Source: Eledone cirrhosa (taxonomy: Eukaryota). From it: a stretch of 64,000 bases of DNA. Of this stretch, positions 1-18,912 are shown piece after piece. Position numbers and translations under genes: made by a program. The notes beneath the pieces were generated by a model, which did no database searches, was not told where the DNA came from, and saw nothing but the letters and a program-made list of their open reading frames with translations. Where the stretch lies: the NCBI GenBank assembly GCA_964016885.1, contig OZ024765.1, positions 496,001 through 560,000 of the forward strand, given 5' to 3'. The first letter of the stretch is position 1. Every line of letters starts with the position of its first letter.

Positions 1-781
1 ATTAGGAGTTTTTCATCCGTAGAAAATCATTAGGAGTTCTAGTCATGCAGATGTCATTTCTATATATAATATATACTTCCTCTTTGTTTATATATTGAGT
101 ACCTTATATAACTGCTTATTACCCTATAAATGTCACGAAATGGTAGAGTCCTTAGAACTTCCGATAGATAGCTTTGTGTTATGCATTCTGGTTTTTTGTT
201 CTTTGATTTCAAATAACACCGATGTCAATTTTGCCTTTCATCGATTTGAGATCGATAAAAAATATCCCTAATGTTATTTATAACTAATTAAATGAACTAA
301 TTCAAACAAAAATAGCTAATCTAAAACAGACTAAAACCCTACAATGTATTCTATTAAAGATTATAAAAAAACACAGACAAATAAACACACACACGAAAGA
401 AATACCAACACCTGAAAATTATCTTTAATTCTGACGAGTCCAGCAGGTGATATAGCACGTGGAACTTCTCCAGCAGCTATGATAGAATCTCAGCAAGAAC
501 ACAATTGGTTATATCAACACAAAGGGGGTTATCAACGAAAGAGATAAACCCACAACAAAAGGTTTTTCTCCTGGACGTCTTCCAAGGTTTTTTACGACGT
601 CGAAAAATTCGATTTAGAATCACCCGCCTGGCTTTGTTGTAAAAGAAAATATTACAATTGAATCAACATTGAATACCGTGGACGTTGTGTTATTGTGAAT
701 AATTACTGAATTACGGAATTGTATACAATATCTGTTATACGCATGCGCAGTTAACCTAATGACCTATATAGTTATAAACCA

Positions 782-928
<147 letters not shown>

Positions 929-1018
929 GCAAGACTGAATGAGAAGGCTATCTCTGATATATACATACAGACACACACACATATTCGTGTATGTGTGTGT
1001 ATATATATATATATATAT

Positions 1019-1077
<59 letters not shown>

Positions 1078-1090
1078 GTTTGTGTGTGTA

Positions 1091-1266
<176 letters not shown>

Positions 1267-1308
1267 AAAACCATTTTGTTCAGCCGACCATGTTATTCTT
1301 CAAACTTG

Positions 1309-1367
<59 letters not shown>

Positions 1368-1530
1368 AACATGGAATTATATACTATACTTAACATGACA
1401 ACACTAACACAAAAATACCTTTCGTGTTGAAGAAGACACTCGTGACAATCCAGTTTACCAGTTTAGCAAAGTAACATATTTCATAGAGCAGTTGTTCCCC
1501 TTCAAATAAAAGTGTACATGTATGAGTACG

Positions 1531-1633
<103 letters not shown>

Positions 1634-1672
1634 TTATATGTATATATATTATCTTGAAACATTTATATATAG

Positions 1673-1703
<31 letters not shown>

Positions 1704-2302
1704 CAAAGACATATATATATATATATGTCTTCGTATGTGTGCGTGTGTGCACACACACATATATATATGCTTATAAGTTCTGCATTACACACATACACAC
1801 TCAGAACCACCCACGAATACATTCAACAACAAATAAAATGAACTCAATATTTGCATTCAATTGTATTATCTGACATGTATAAATAACACTTACTCCTTTC
1901 TCCAATAATAGCATAAAAGGTCGAATTAAACCATTTGATATCTTGTCAACCTTGACAGGGGGTGAATTGATTATGAAGCAAAGCGCGCAAATAATATCAG
2001 TTGCTTCAATCTGAATGATAGTAAATACAAGCAAAGCAATTAGTAAAGTACCCCTTAGGTTTTTGGCAAAATTAATACCTTTTTGTTATGGAATGTTGAT
2101 TTTGTGGTAGAAATGAATGTAGTATTATTGTATGTTCGATCAAAGAAGACGAATTATATATGATGTGCTTAATATATGAAAACGACTAATTCCTTTAGCT
2201 TGGTAGCTTGGTAGCTTGGTAGCTTGGAAGCTGGTAAATCGATCGATTTTAAATACATGAACAGAATATTCCTTGTGTGTGTATTATGTTGTTTATTACA
2301 TT

Positions 2303-2340
<38 letters not shown>

Positions 2341-2467
2341 GTAGACAGACAGATATATAGATAGATAATTAGTCAGATAGATAGACAGATAGACACAGAG
2401 ATAGATAGTTAGGTAATAGATAGATATATAAATAGATATATAAAGAAAAAGACAGATAGATACATAG

Positions 2468-2571
2468 ATATGTTTCTTTATTAGACACAGGGGCACAAAA
2501 GAAGGAGTCAGATACAAAGTGGGAAGTTTATATACAATAAAAACGTGTAAAATATTATCACAAATACAATA
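2468..2571 (-). mobile_element. Third 3'UTR copy of the (TATC)n-associated element
   Basis: Reverse complement of the 37893-37992 sequence, embedded in (GATA)n, i.e. the same orientation relative to the repeat. Confidence 0.75.
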
Positions 2572-2915
2572 TAGATAGATAAAATACTAGATAGACAAAC
2601 ATACAGATAGATAGATAGATAGATAAATATAAAATAACGATACGATGCTTTAGCATCGAAACACGAACAAAACGAGAAGGATATATCATTCATACTGCCC
2701 CAATCTTCTTTAAAAAATGTATAACGCTTGAACCGACCAATCAAAATTCAATATATAATTTATACATGGTGACGTTAAACGACATTGGCAAAACAGCGCA
2801 GTATTACGAAACATCTCCGGCACGTAATATATATTGCTATACACATTGTTAGTAAAATATATATATATATATATATATAGAACGAACAAGTCTAATGTGT
2901 AAAATAAGGAAAACA

Positions 2916-2957
<42 letters not shown>

Positions 2958-2983
2958 TGTGTCTGTGTGTATATATGTGTGTG

Positions 2984-3038
<55 letters not shown>

Positions 3039-3153
3039 ATGTATATGTGTATATATATATATATATATTTACATACATATATATATATATACATATACAT
3101 TCACACAGACACACACATATATATATATATATATACACATACATACACACACA

Positions 3154-3227
<74 letters not shown>

Positions 3228-3370
3228 CATATATATATATATATGTATCTATGTATATGTATATATATATGTATATATATATATGTAAATATATATATAT
3301 TTTCATGTATACATATATACACATATATATATATATATATACAAATATGTATACATTCATACATATACAC

Positions 3371-3431
<61 letters not shown>

Positions 3432-3434
3432 CAT

Positions 3435-3485
<51 letters not shown>

Positions 3486-3511
3486 AATATATATATACAT
3501 GATACACATAC

Positions 3512-3559
<48 letters not shown>

Positions 3560-4229
3560 TGTTACACATACATATATATGTCGTCAAAGATAGGACGAGG
3601 AATGTAAAAATAATATAATTTCAACCAGTTTATTTGATGAAATTAAATTAGACACGCGCGAACAAAAGAAAAGAATATGCAATATATACGTGAAAAACAC
3701 TTTTTAACCCGAAAATAAATGAAAAAAACATTTCTCAGTTACAAGTTTGCTTTAAGGAATACGTATGTAATGCATGTATATATCTATGTATATATGTATG
3801 CATGCTTGTATGTATATATATACATATATATATATGGATGGATGTGTGTAAGTATATGTGTATATACATATATATATATATATATCTATGTATATATATA
3901 AATATATATATATATACATACATATATATATATATATGTATACACATATATACTTACACACATCCATCTATATATATATATATTAAATATATACACACAT
4001 ATATATGTAGGTACGTGTGGCTATATATATATATATATATATATGCAATCATTGTTAAATAAATTTCCACTGCACAGCATGGAGGTGGGAACTGCATATC
4101 ATGCTAAATTCATCTTAGAACAACAAGGCACATGTTATCACACATGTGGTTATGTTAGTCGGGACAGGACAAACAGACATGGATATACGTATATGCATAA
4201 ACACACACATCTATCTATCTATCTATCTA

Positions 4230-4384
<155 letters not shown>

Positions 4385-5082
4385 CATACTTACACGCACA
4401 CACATGTATATATATATAATAATAAATACATACATACATATACATATATACATACATACACACACACACACATGTATATATATATATATATATATATGTA
4501 CCCAACTGTGTCTGTCTGTAATGTATTGTCACTATTTGCAATGTTCAACTCGTCGATTATTTCCTGTAATAATAGAATTGAGATCAACATTCAGCAAAAA
4601 CTGTTTCATTCTTTAAATCTAATGGAAAAATACTGACAGAAATAAACTACAACAGTAACAACAACAACAACCGCAACAACAACAACCACCATTAGAGCTA
4701 CAACAAATAGGACAACAACTAAAGCAAGGGATACTGCCATTACACCATTACAACAACTACAGCAACAACAACTTCTGTAACTACAATAACAATTACAATA
4801 ACGATACGCCATTATACATACAACAACAACTGAAGCAACATCTACAGCAAATACTCCTACAACAACTACAACAAGAAATACAACAACGTCTACAACGTTA
4901 TTCCTACAACAACAACTACAGTAAGAATAACACTATATACAACAACAACAACTACAACAACATTGACACAATATATATATACACATACCTATGTATACAA
5001 ATATATATATATATCATTTCATATATTTAGTTTTGTATGATGTATTAGGTGAATGTATTTGTATATATATAAACATATATAC

Positions 5083-5172
<90 letters not shown>

Positions 5173-5608
5173 CACATATATACATTATATATATATATAT
5201 ATTATGTATATAAAAACGCATATTTATATATATATATATATATATATAAACACACACATGTATATATATATATATAATTTGATATAGTACAAAATATTGA
5301 ACAAATTAAGCCCAACTAAATAGACAAAGTTTGCATGTCAGAAATATCAGTTTATTAGAGGCTGATAAGTAAATATAGATAGTATCATTCGATTTTTGAC
5401 AATGTGTCTGTAACATTCTGGGTCACATGACGACATTACACACATCACATATCTCTACAGAATTTCAATTATTCTACAATGTTTGTTCTACGTTTATATA
5501 ATGTGGTTGTTTATGGTTATTAATAGTTAAATATGGTTTACGTTTTCGCTTTCATCATTTTTTTTTCATTTTAGGTTTGACTTTAAATACGCGGTGTATA
5601 TATATATG

Positions 5609-5681
<73 letters not shown>

Positions 5682-5716
5682 TATATATATATAATCATAT
5701 ACAGGCCGTATTATGT

Positions 5717-5753
<37 letters not shown>

Positions 5754-5897
5754 TATACAGGCCGTATTATGTATTTATATATATATATATATATATTACA
5801 TATACACATATATATATATTAAAATGACAGATTAAAGTTTAAGCAAAGAACCGCTGCTTTCACCCTTCAAATATATTATTACTACTATATATGTACC

Positions 5898-5929
<32 letters not shown>

Positions 5930-5967
5930 CACATCTATCTATCTATCTATATTTCTTTCTATCTATC

Positions 5968-6032
<65 letters not shown>

Positions 6033-6163
6033 TATATATATACAGTATATATATACAAGTTCACGTGTGTAGAGATTTAGAGAGAGACACGCGTTGAATT
6101 ATTCATTGCAATGATTAGCACTACAATACATTAAAACCGTTAGTATACATCGCAATAACTATG

Positions 6164-6222
<59 letters not shown>

Positions 6223-6538
6223 CAATGGCGGTCTGTGAGCGAGACGATGAAATAAGTTGTAAGATGTTATGAGATGTAAGGTATTCCCTCTTGACTTACA
6301 AGACATACAAGAAACAAAGATTCACGCTGACTCACCATTTCCTATTACGCTGTCAACGAGGTACATTTTACATGTTAGGACGTGTCAAATGTGTTACTTA
6401 GTTTCCCTCTATTCTATGTAGCGCCCGCTCTGATTGATATACAAGACATATTTGTCAATGCCGCTCAATAGAAACACACACACAGTCATATACATTTATA
6501 TGTATATTTATATATATATATACATATATATGTGTGTA

Positions 6539-6605
<67 letters not shown>

Positions 6606-6607
6606 CG

Positions 6608-6698
<91 letters not shown>

Positions 6699-6700
6699 TA

Positions 6701-6977
<277 letters not shown>

Positions 6978-7178
6978 AGAAAGTGAGGGGTTTTTACAAA
7001 ATTAAAAATAACCGAGGTGTCCTACACGAGTGAAAGTATAAAAAAAAAAAGATGAAATCGAAAATGCAACTGGAGTCTTATTTCTATTAAAAAATATATA
7101 TTTATTTGGTTCCTTTACCGGTTTCACAGTTCTTCTGATTTCAAAAGTAGAGTTGAGATGGAGGGTCTGTGGTCTTCT

Positions 7179-7236
<58 letters not shown>

Positions 7237-7330
7237 TAGACATATATATACGTATATATTTATATATATACGTATATATATAGGTATTTAGACATATATA
7301 TATATACGTATATATTTATATATCTACATA

Positions 7331-7395
<65 letters not shown>

Positions 7396-7481
7396 TGACA
7401 CAAACACATAAACACAGAACGTAAAATACCATAACGTCTTTGTCACAAACAGTGCTCGGCGCTCTACCGATTCTACCAATG

Positions 7482-7520
<39 letters not shown>

Positions 7521-8532
7521 AACTACTACTACTACTACTACTACTACTAACAATGATGCTGTATACGAGAAGCTATGAGGTGATACTGATAGGAACCGTG
7601 TTCCGTTAGAAGAAGCAACATGCTAGGTATATAAATATTATATAATATACCATGTGGAGAGATATGACCGTAAATGTCATTTTAGATTATATCTTCTGAA
7701 TATAACACACTTCTGACACACTCTACAGAGTCGATCTAATATATGTATGCAATTCTAGCGTCAGTTGACTTGAATTTAATTCATATAAACGATTTCGAAA
7801 TAATTTTATCGATCTCAGACTAAGCCTGAAGTTTAATTTTAAATTGAATCAGCTGGACTAGGATAATCAAAGAGGCAACCTGCCAAATATTATCATCAAC
7901 CGCGCAGATTACATTTTATTCCTGTGTAAATTGAATCACTCTAAGTTATTGTGACCAGGATATTGTTTTTATTAGTATATTTATCCGGGTTAAGAGGGGC
8001 TCACAAAGCAATGACGTAGCGATATTTGCGTAGAATGACACAGCATAATCCCATGTCAAAATATTGTATTCTGCTGGGTGGAATTATGGGTAATCTCATT
8101 CAATATATATTCAGGTCGACCGGAGATTGTTGAAGGGAAATTGTGTATAAGCTCCTTGGAAAAGCAGGACTTAAATCAATCATCAGAACCTGAACAGAAC
8201 TCACAACCTATCTACTGATATCTAATGTCTTGCTCGAGGTCACAATTTATTACTCTGTTCGAGAATCGTAATGACAAATACACGAGTGTGAAACCAGTTC
8301 TCTATACACAACATTTATACATATAATATAATACACAAACTATATACATATATTAGAATAGAATTAGGATTTAGCTTCGAGCATAGCTGTATACAGATGT
8401 GTATTGGACTTTCGTATTTTAAAGATATACGGTATGTTTATAGATAGTTATTTTCCAAAGCCGTAAATAAAACTACATACACATATTATATTATACAAAA
8501 ATATATTATAATACACAGGTATATATAAACTA

Positions 8533-8767
8533 ATGCTTCGATAAGTTTTGGCCAGTGTTGGCCCAACTTATGTCTAATTGAATAGCACCTGACGAAGCCT
8601 TTCAAATCAGGATTTGGACACCATGCCCGACTCAAGTAGAGAGTTTATATTTACAGTCATATCGGCGTATAGGAGGTTTATCCGGGATTTCTTGAAATAA
8701 TTTGTCTAAAGATTGTTTGAACATAGGATCTGTCTCTGTTTGAATGTGATTTGGTGTAATGTTAAAT
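8533..8767 (-). mobile_element. Older, degraded 3' fragment of the same LINE family as 47245-50906
   Basis: Reverse complement ...CTTTAGACAAATTATTTCAAGAAATCCCGGATAAACC...CATGGTGTCCAAATCCTGATTTGAAAGGCTTCGTCAGGTGCTATT...GGGCCAACACTGGCCAAAAC aligns with about 50650-50880, with substitutions and indels. Confidence 0.85.
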
Positions 8768-8960
8768 CTTTCGAAGCAGAGTTTCTTCCACCCAAAAAAC
8801 ACTGCTTCGAAAGATTGAGACGTATCTGAGGGGATCTTGCGAGTTCAGAGCCAGGTTGGATCATTGCATCGATCATGTCTCGAGCTGGTTGCCAGAGAAA
8901 GGAGTGTAATATGTGTAATACATTTTAATTCGTAGCAACACTGTTCTCCGTTTCTTATGT

Positions 8961-9003
<43 letters not shown>

Positions 9004-9276
9004 TTAGAACATATATACACAGCTGCCACAAAACAAACTTCCTAATGTTATAAACCCCAAGACTATCAGTGGTTTCATGGTGTATTAGCGTGTCAACGGT
9101 CAATAGATGGCTTCATAAGTTTCACAAGTAGCCATGTTGTTTTGATTATTTATTTCATTTTGTATTGTATTTCTTTTGTACAAACACACACACACGCGCG
9201 CGCATAATCACACACACACACACATATGTGTGTATATATTTATATATGTATGTACAGACATATTTATTTATATATT

Positions 9277-9347
<71 letters not shown>

Positions 9348-9356
9348 GTGTGTACT

Positions 9357-9407
<51 letters not shown>

Positions 9408-9495
9408 TTATATATAAACATATACGTGTACATTTATGAATTTATATATATATATGCATTTATAAATATTGTCACTCACACACACACGCATATAT

Positions 9496-9564
<69 letters not shown>

Positions 9565-9621
9565 TATATACACATATATATATAATATATATACATATAT
9601 ATATAATATATATACATATAT

Positions 9622-9671
<50 letters not shown>

Positions 9672-9745
9672 TTATCTATCTATCTATATATGTACATATA
9701 CATACATATATATGTATATACATTTACACACACAAACATACACAC

Positions 9746-9776
<31 letters not shown>

Positions 9777-10056
9777 CAGATATATATATTTATATTTTTC
9801 ATTCGATTTCCTGCTTTGTTTTAACTCCTATCATTGCTATATACCTTAACACCTCGGATATATCATTGAAATTTATCGCTTGAGGAAAACCACAAATGAT
9901 TGATACGATATTTTCGGATAGATCGAACGCAGTTGACAGTTTTCTAATATGAATCCAACGTAATTGAGAAAATAACGTTCTTTTGTATCGTTTGAGTGCC
10001 TTTGTTTTCGTATACATGAAACAGTGCGTGTATATATGTGTATATATTTATTTTTG

Positions 10057-10088
<32 letters not shown>

Positions 10089-10122
10089 TGTATGTATGTA
10101 TATGTATGTGTGTATGTGTATG

Positions 10123-10179
<57 letters not shown>

Positions 10180-10361
10180 TTATGTATAAACATAAATATA
10201 GATATATAAAAATATATATGTATAAATATGTATATACATGTATGTTTGTAGACGTATGATTTTATGTTTATATGTGCATATATGTGTGTATATGCAGACG
10301 GACATATGTATATACATTTGTCTATCTATCTACCGACCTATCTATCTAACTATCTAACTAT

Positions 10362-10422
<61 letters not shown>

Positions 10423-10468
10423 ATTCTATCTATCTATATCTGTCTCTCTATCTCTCTCCGTCTCTCTC

Positions 10469-10549
<81 letters not shown>

Positions 10550-10554
10550 ATACT

Positions 10555-10614
<60 letters not shown>

Positions 10615-10677
10615 TTCACCATACATATATGCATATATAAACACCATATATATATAATATATATATATATATAAGTG

Positions 10678-10750
<73 letters not shown>

Positions 10751-13045
10751 TCTGTTGATGCATCGTTGATTCGTTCTCTAATACCTTATCACATGAATCA
10801 TGGCGGTACTCATTTCCTCTTCATATTTTTGTTATTGTTTTATGTTTAAGTTTCGTGTTTCATGTTTAGGTTTTTTTTTCATTATTTCCATTTATCAAGT
10901 CTGATTATTTGGTGGACATGTCATGTGACATGCTATTTACATATACACGCGCATACACAGACTCAGATGCATACACACACAAAGACATACACACGGAGAT
11001 ACACTCACACACGCATACATACTCAAATACATACACACACACATACAGAGGAATGAACACAAACATACACTCACACACACAGACTAAATCACATACACAC
11101 ATACTCAAACACACACAGACACAGACACACTGCGAGAATGTTTGATAGAGTGTGAAAGAGATAGTGACAAACACACAGTGAGAAAGAGAGAGAGAGAGCG
11201 AGAGAGAGAGAGAGTGAGAGAAAGAGATGAAGGGAGAGAGAGAAAGATATATTTAGATATATATAGATATATATATATCTATAGAGAGAGAGAGTGGGAA
11301 AAAGCGATAGAGTGAGTTGTGATAGATAGAAAAAAATTTGTGATTGCTTGCTTGTCTGTAATGTGGTCAGCCAAAAAGGTGCATGATGGGAAATATTTTG
11401 TACGGCAGTTGCCCCTGAAATCGGAATACAAATGGAATAAAACAGGTTTCGCGTAAATCGGACCACGGTTTCCCGAGATATCGTTTTTTTTCGGGTGCCT
11501 TCATAAACAGTGAGAGAGAAAGAGAGATAGGAAGAGAGAGGCAGAGATAGAGAGATATCTAGCGAGAGAGAGATAGAGAGAGAGAGGAAGATAGATATAG
11601 ATAGAGAGATATCTAAGGAGAGGAAGAGAGAGGCTGAGATAGAGAGGTATCTAGAGAGAGAGAGAGAGAGCGAGGAAGAGAGAGGCAGAGACAGACAGAT
11701 ATCTAGAGAGAGAGAGGGAGGGGAAGAGACAGTGGTTGTAAGAGAGTAGATTGAAACAGGGACATAGAGAAAGGGAGGGGAGACAGAACAGGAGAAAGGA
11801 AATGGTGTTGCTGTGTATATACATATATATATATGTGTGTGTATATATATATGTGTGTATATATATATGTGTGTGTCTATGACCAGTGCATATAGATCCA
11901 CAGACACCCACATACACACACACACACACATATATATATATATTTATGTATACACACACGCAGTTATACATATGGGCCTTCCACTTTCATTTCACCTTAT
12001 ATACACAATATATGTATATTTTAATTGTTTAAAAATTGAGAGAGTATTGAAGTGTGCTTGAAGCATTGTGGAATAATAAAAATAGTCGTTTTGGAAGCCT
12101 CAACAATGCAGATGGGTAAATCTCCGGGTAACATAATCAGGTGGAGATGAGAGAGATGTTAGAGGAAATGTAGAATGAGACGCATATTGTATAGAGGAAC
12201 GTAGGAAAGAGTGTAAAAAAGTGTAAAGATATAATTCGAGATAGAGTTACCTTGGAAGTGATTTAATTGTCCCTATATTTCGGATTTCGCATTCATCAAA
12301 GGGGGTTTTTCCGAGGGGGAAAATGTTTAATCGCAGAGGAACAACACGTCTGTCTAAGTGAACATGATTAAAAAAAAAAAATATTTTGAAATGAACTTGA
12401 CCCAGCGGGCCACGAGTGGTCTACTATTTTTCTAATATTTTAACATAACTTCTGAATAACCCACTTTAACAATGTCTGGTAAATTCCTCATTCATTAATG
12501 GTGCAGCTGACATTTCCGCAGTAACAACACAAGTAAAAGCAATATCATTCTTTATGACATGAAAATACCATTGCACTGATTCCATTCCATTCAAGAAGAT
12601 TAAGCATAAAGAATTCCGATAGAATTCGCCATTGTCAGTGGAAATACGGAACTCAATACGTAATGAATATTATGAAATATCTAATAAAGAGCTCTATCTT
12701 ATTAAATCATATTAGACAAGTATCGATGCCACGAGATATCCATTCATCTGCAGTACTTACAGTACCAGAGCAATATTCCTCCCACAATGTAATACCGCAG
12801 AATAACGTTAGAATACCGCAGAATAACGTTAGAATCAAATATAGAAATATTAGACAGTACATTTGTAAAAGAAATACCAATAAATAAAATTAAAATCTCA
12901 TAGTCTGCGCAATGATATGTTCAGAGGTTGACTAAGGTACTCACATGGAATGACCAAATGATGTTTACTTTTAGTAATCATAGACCCTGGAAAGAAAGGA
13001 TACTCCCACCCTCTCTCTCTCTCTCGCTCTATCTCTCTCTCTCTC

Positions 13046-13166
<121 letters not shown>

Positions 13167-13249
13167 ATATATATATATATATATATCTATATATATATAT
13201 ACTTCGTTATGCATACATATATACGTATATATATTTACATTTCTGTGTT

Positions 13250-13283
<34 letters not shown>

Positions 13284-13343
13284 GATAAATCTACCAAGAG
13301 TTTACGGTAGTGATATATATATATATGTATATACATATATATG

Positions 13344-13404
<61 letters not shown>

Positions 13405-13420
13405 ATATATACATATATAT

Positions 13421-13464
<44 letters not shown>

Positions 13465-13530
13465 CAATATACATACATATACATACATATACATACATAT
13501 GCAGATATTATATATATTTCTATATATCTT

Positions 13531-13605
<75 letters not shown>

Positions 13606-13941
13606 GCATATATATATATATATATCTCTATATATATATATTCATATTACTATACAACCGAAAACAATTGTTCTTTAAAATAGAGTTTTTTTGTTGTTGT
13701 CTCCCTTTATATATATTGCATTTATATTCCTACCGTGGCAGCCATTTTGTTACGTTTTTATTGTTTTCTTTTTGGGGGTATTGTTTCATTTTTTGCTTTC
13801 ATTGTTTGTTTAGAATAACATTTAGTGTGTGTATGTAAGGGTGCGGTGGGGTGGTGTAGTTATGGTGGGGGTTCTTATATTAGGTATATACCTAGGATGT
13901 TTTGCTCCATCTACTTTGATTATTGTTGTTGTTGTTGTTAT

Positions 13942-14058
<117 letters not shown>

Positions 14059-14209
14059 TATTAATATTATTATAAATAGTAATAGTAGTATTATTAGTAG
14101 TAGTATTATATATAATACTGTAATCCCTTTATCTGGAAAACAATGCAGAATACCGAAAATACACGTGATTTATCCACACACACACAACCTATATATGTAT
14201 ATATATATG

Positions 14210-14368
<159 letters not shown>

Positions 14369-14513
14369 CTACGCATATATATATATATATACGTACACAC
14401 ACATATATATATACATATATATGTATATATATATATACATATATATTTATATATATCTATATATATATATAAATATATATATATAAATATATATATATAC
14501 AAATACATACATA

Positions 14514-14614
<101 letters not shown>

Positions 14615-14642
14615 ACATACATACATATATATATATACATTC

Positions 14643-14673
<31 letters not shown>

Positions 14674-15038
14674 CTTATATATATATATTTATATATATAC
14701 ATATAAATATACAATTGCCCACATATATATTCAGACCAGCATATATATATGTGTATGAAGATTTTTCTTTATGATATTAAGAAAAAGATAGTATTATGCA
14801 GAATTCTCCAGAATATTCTAGCAAGCACAGGAAAGAGATAACATATATTGAGTTTTTCATATATTTTCTACACACCTATTTGATATATGCATACTTCATA
14901 TTTGTATCTAAACACGCACATATGTATATACACATATTTATACATACATATGTAAGTCCATGCAAACATATAGACATATATACTTACATATATGTATATA
15001 TATTTATATAAATATATATATATATAAATATATTCATG

Positions 15039-15116
<78 letters not shown>

Positions 15117-15259
15117 TATATAGGTATGTATATATATAGAGAGAGACAGAGGGAGAATGGTGGTGAGAGAATGACATACTAAAAAGGTTATATGTGTAAA
15201 CTCACACACACACATACATATATGTATACATATATATAAATATATGAATGCATAAATAT

Positions 15260-15360
<101 letters not shown>

Positions 15361-15481
15361 GGAGAGAGAGATAGATAGGTGTGTGTTTATATATATATAC
15401 ACACACCTGTGTGTGACGGCGTCTGTATATGAATATATAAATATTTATAAACACACACATGTACACACACGCACATACATG

Positions 15482-15534
<53 letters not shown>

Positions 15535-15866
15535 TGAGGGGACTTGTTTTGATAATGAAACTTATCAATATATAATGCCGAGTACTGTCGACAGCGGAAT
15601 TATAAGTTTAAATTATTTATACGTTAGTAAATCTGTTGCATAGAGATATGTTTACATGATGAAGGGTTAACACTTGTGTCGTAAGTTCATAGTCTTAGAA
15701 CTGTGACCATCTGTAGATCACTGAGTATGATCAGCACATTCAGATGAGGCTAAGCTTTATCTGGCTTTGGTTTTCGATTTGAAGACATGATATGTTGTTA
15801 GTGCCGGTTTAATCGAGTGTAACCACAGTAAGTAAGGTACTCAATACATAGCAGAGTATAAATATT

Positions 15867-15957
15867 TAATATAGAAATGGCTTCTACAGTGCTTCCTGAG
15901 GATTTCTACTGAATGGAATGAAAGTGTTCTAGTCCTGTAGAACCCATTTCTATATTA
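15867..15957. repeat. Inverted repeat (23-bp arms) enclosing a hammerhead-like core
   Basis: TAATATAGAAATGGCTTCTACAG ... CTGTAGAACCCATTTCTATATTA; inside, CTGAGGA TTTC..GAAT GAAAG tgtt CTA (15896-15931). Confidence 0.6.
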
Positions 15958-15963
15958 TATATG

Positions 15964-16139
<176 letters not shown>

Positions 16140-16316
16140 TATACACATATATATATATGTATATATCTATATATCTATATATACATATATGTATATACAT
16201 ATAAATATATATATGTGTGGATATGTATAGATATAAATGTATGTGTGTATATATAGAGAGAGATAGAGACAGAGAGAAGGGCAGGGAGATGGAGAGAAAG
16301 AGAGAGTGGGAGAAGG

Positions 16317-16372
<56 letters not shown>

Positions 16373-16633
16373 GGGGGGGGTATTATTAACGTATTACTGT
16401 ATTATCATATAACATACTGGTGCAATCTGAGCAGGGGAAATTAATTACATTATAAGTAATTAAGTATTGTTTAACTCAACGGTATTGTAATGTGGACGCT
16501 GTGAATTCCTACATAACAACATGGCGGAGAGGACGACGAGATTCACGTTAGCAACAGTAACTGAAACCAGGGTATTTAAAATATAATTATTCTTTAGTGA
16601 AGCTTGGCACATTTCCACCCTCTAATGTGATCA

Positions 16634-16752
<119 letters not shown>

Positions 16753-16760
16753 ACATATAT

Positions 16761-16819
<59 letters not shown>

Positions 16820-16889
16820 CATATATATATATAATTACATACGTATGTGTATATAAATATATATGTCTCCCTCAATCCAAATTGTTGTA

Positions 16890-16940
<51 letters not shown>

Positions 16941-17310
16941 TATGTATATATATATATATATACACACACCCACACACGCACAAACACACACATACACACA
17001 TACACAAATGCACACACCCACACACATATATATATATATATATATATAATCATGTAGAATGTCCCTGTGTCACTTTATTTCAATATCAATCACTTTCCCT
17101 TTGGACAAGACTGTAGGATGTTAAACAAGCTCAATGTACTTTTGTCTAGTGTAAATATTGAAGAGGAGTTGTTCTTCTCCTCCAAATAACTACAACAACG
17201 ACAAGAGCAATATGAAAATAAATGAGGTTTAGAAAGGAGGAAACTACTGAAGCTACCTAAACATTAATATATGTATTATATATATATATATGCATATATA
17301 TATATGTACG

Positions 17311-17350
<40 letters not shown>

Positions 17351-17558
17351 GTAATAATAATGAATTTGAAGACTAAAATCCAAAGAGGGCTCGATATATG
17401 TATATATATATATTATATATATATGCATATTAATATGCATATATATTATATATAATATAATATGTATATATATATGATATATATAATATGTGTGTGTATG
17501 TATGTGTATATATATTTATATATATATATATATATTTGTATATACTGGCATATATGTG

Positions 17559-17616
<58 letters not shown>

Positions 17617-17663
17617 TCTTGATATATATAAGTTTATAAACACGCCCCCCCCCCCCCACATTG

Positions 17664-17725
<62 letters not shown>

Positions 17726-18055
17726 ACCGACCACGTTTCATTACTATGTTTCTCAACACACCACTTATCCCACTTATCTACCCACAACCTCCTTTCCTCT
17801 CCCCTCCTATCCTTTATATGTTCCTTATCTAAACAGAAACACGTATTTTGTTATATAAAACAATCTACTCTTTAGTTCTTGGCACCTTTCAAACGAATTC
17901 TCTCTGTGAGAGGTTTAGATTCCAAATGTAGCATTTCATAAATATTCGCCTATAGATTCTTCAGAAACAGAATCGGAAAACACTTGATCAGTTTGTCTCT
18001 ATATTATATTTCTCAAAACCTATTTGTAAGATTTAGCATCTATACACACACACAT

Positions 18056-18105
<50 letters not shown>

Positions 18106-18209
18106 TAAGTATTATCTAAGATATTTTTTGTTATTTACTCAATTTAATAATTCCAGCTTTCTTAAAAACATTGTAAACAATGTTTTTAATATATACACAT
18201 TCAGATATA

Positions 18210-18281
<72 letters not shown>

Positions 18282-18524
18282 TTATAAATATATATGTATA
18301 TATATATATATACATATTTATATATATATATTTTTTTTCCTTCTTAAAATGTTCTTGCTGAAAATATTGCCATTAAAATTATACATACATACATATAGAC
18401 ATATAGACATATATGCATACACACATACTTACATATATACATAGATATATACACACATACATACATACATATGTACATGTATATGTATTTATTTATACAT
18501 ATAGATACAATATAAACAAATTTG

Positions 18525-18596
<72 letters not shown>

Positions 18597-18714
18597 TATA
18601 TATACATATACATATAATTACATACATACAGAGATGTGCACACTTACACACACACATATACATATATATATATATTTATATATACACACATACACATGTA
18701 TACATATGTATATA

Positions 18715-18769
<55 letters not shown>

Positions 18770-18824
18770 TTACAGATACACACGCAGAGACATATCTGCA
18801 TATATATTTATATATTTATGTATG

Positions 18825-18912
<88 letters not shown>

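Noticed and set aside
431-470. CTGACGAGTCCA..TGGA as a hammerhead
   Set aside because: The GAAA half and stem III are missing.
8588-8600. CTGACGA as a hammerhead core
   Set aside because: It is the reverse complement of the LINE 3'UTR (GGCTTCGTCAGG) and has no matching GAAA or stems.
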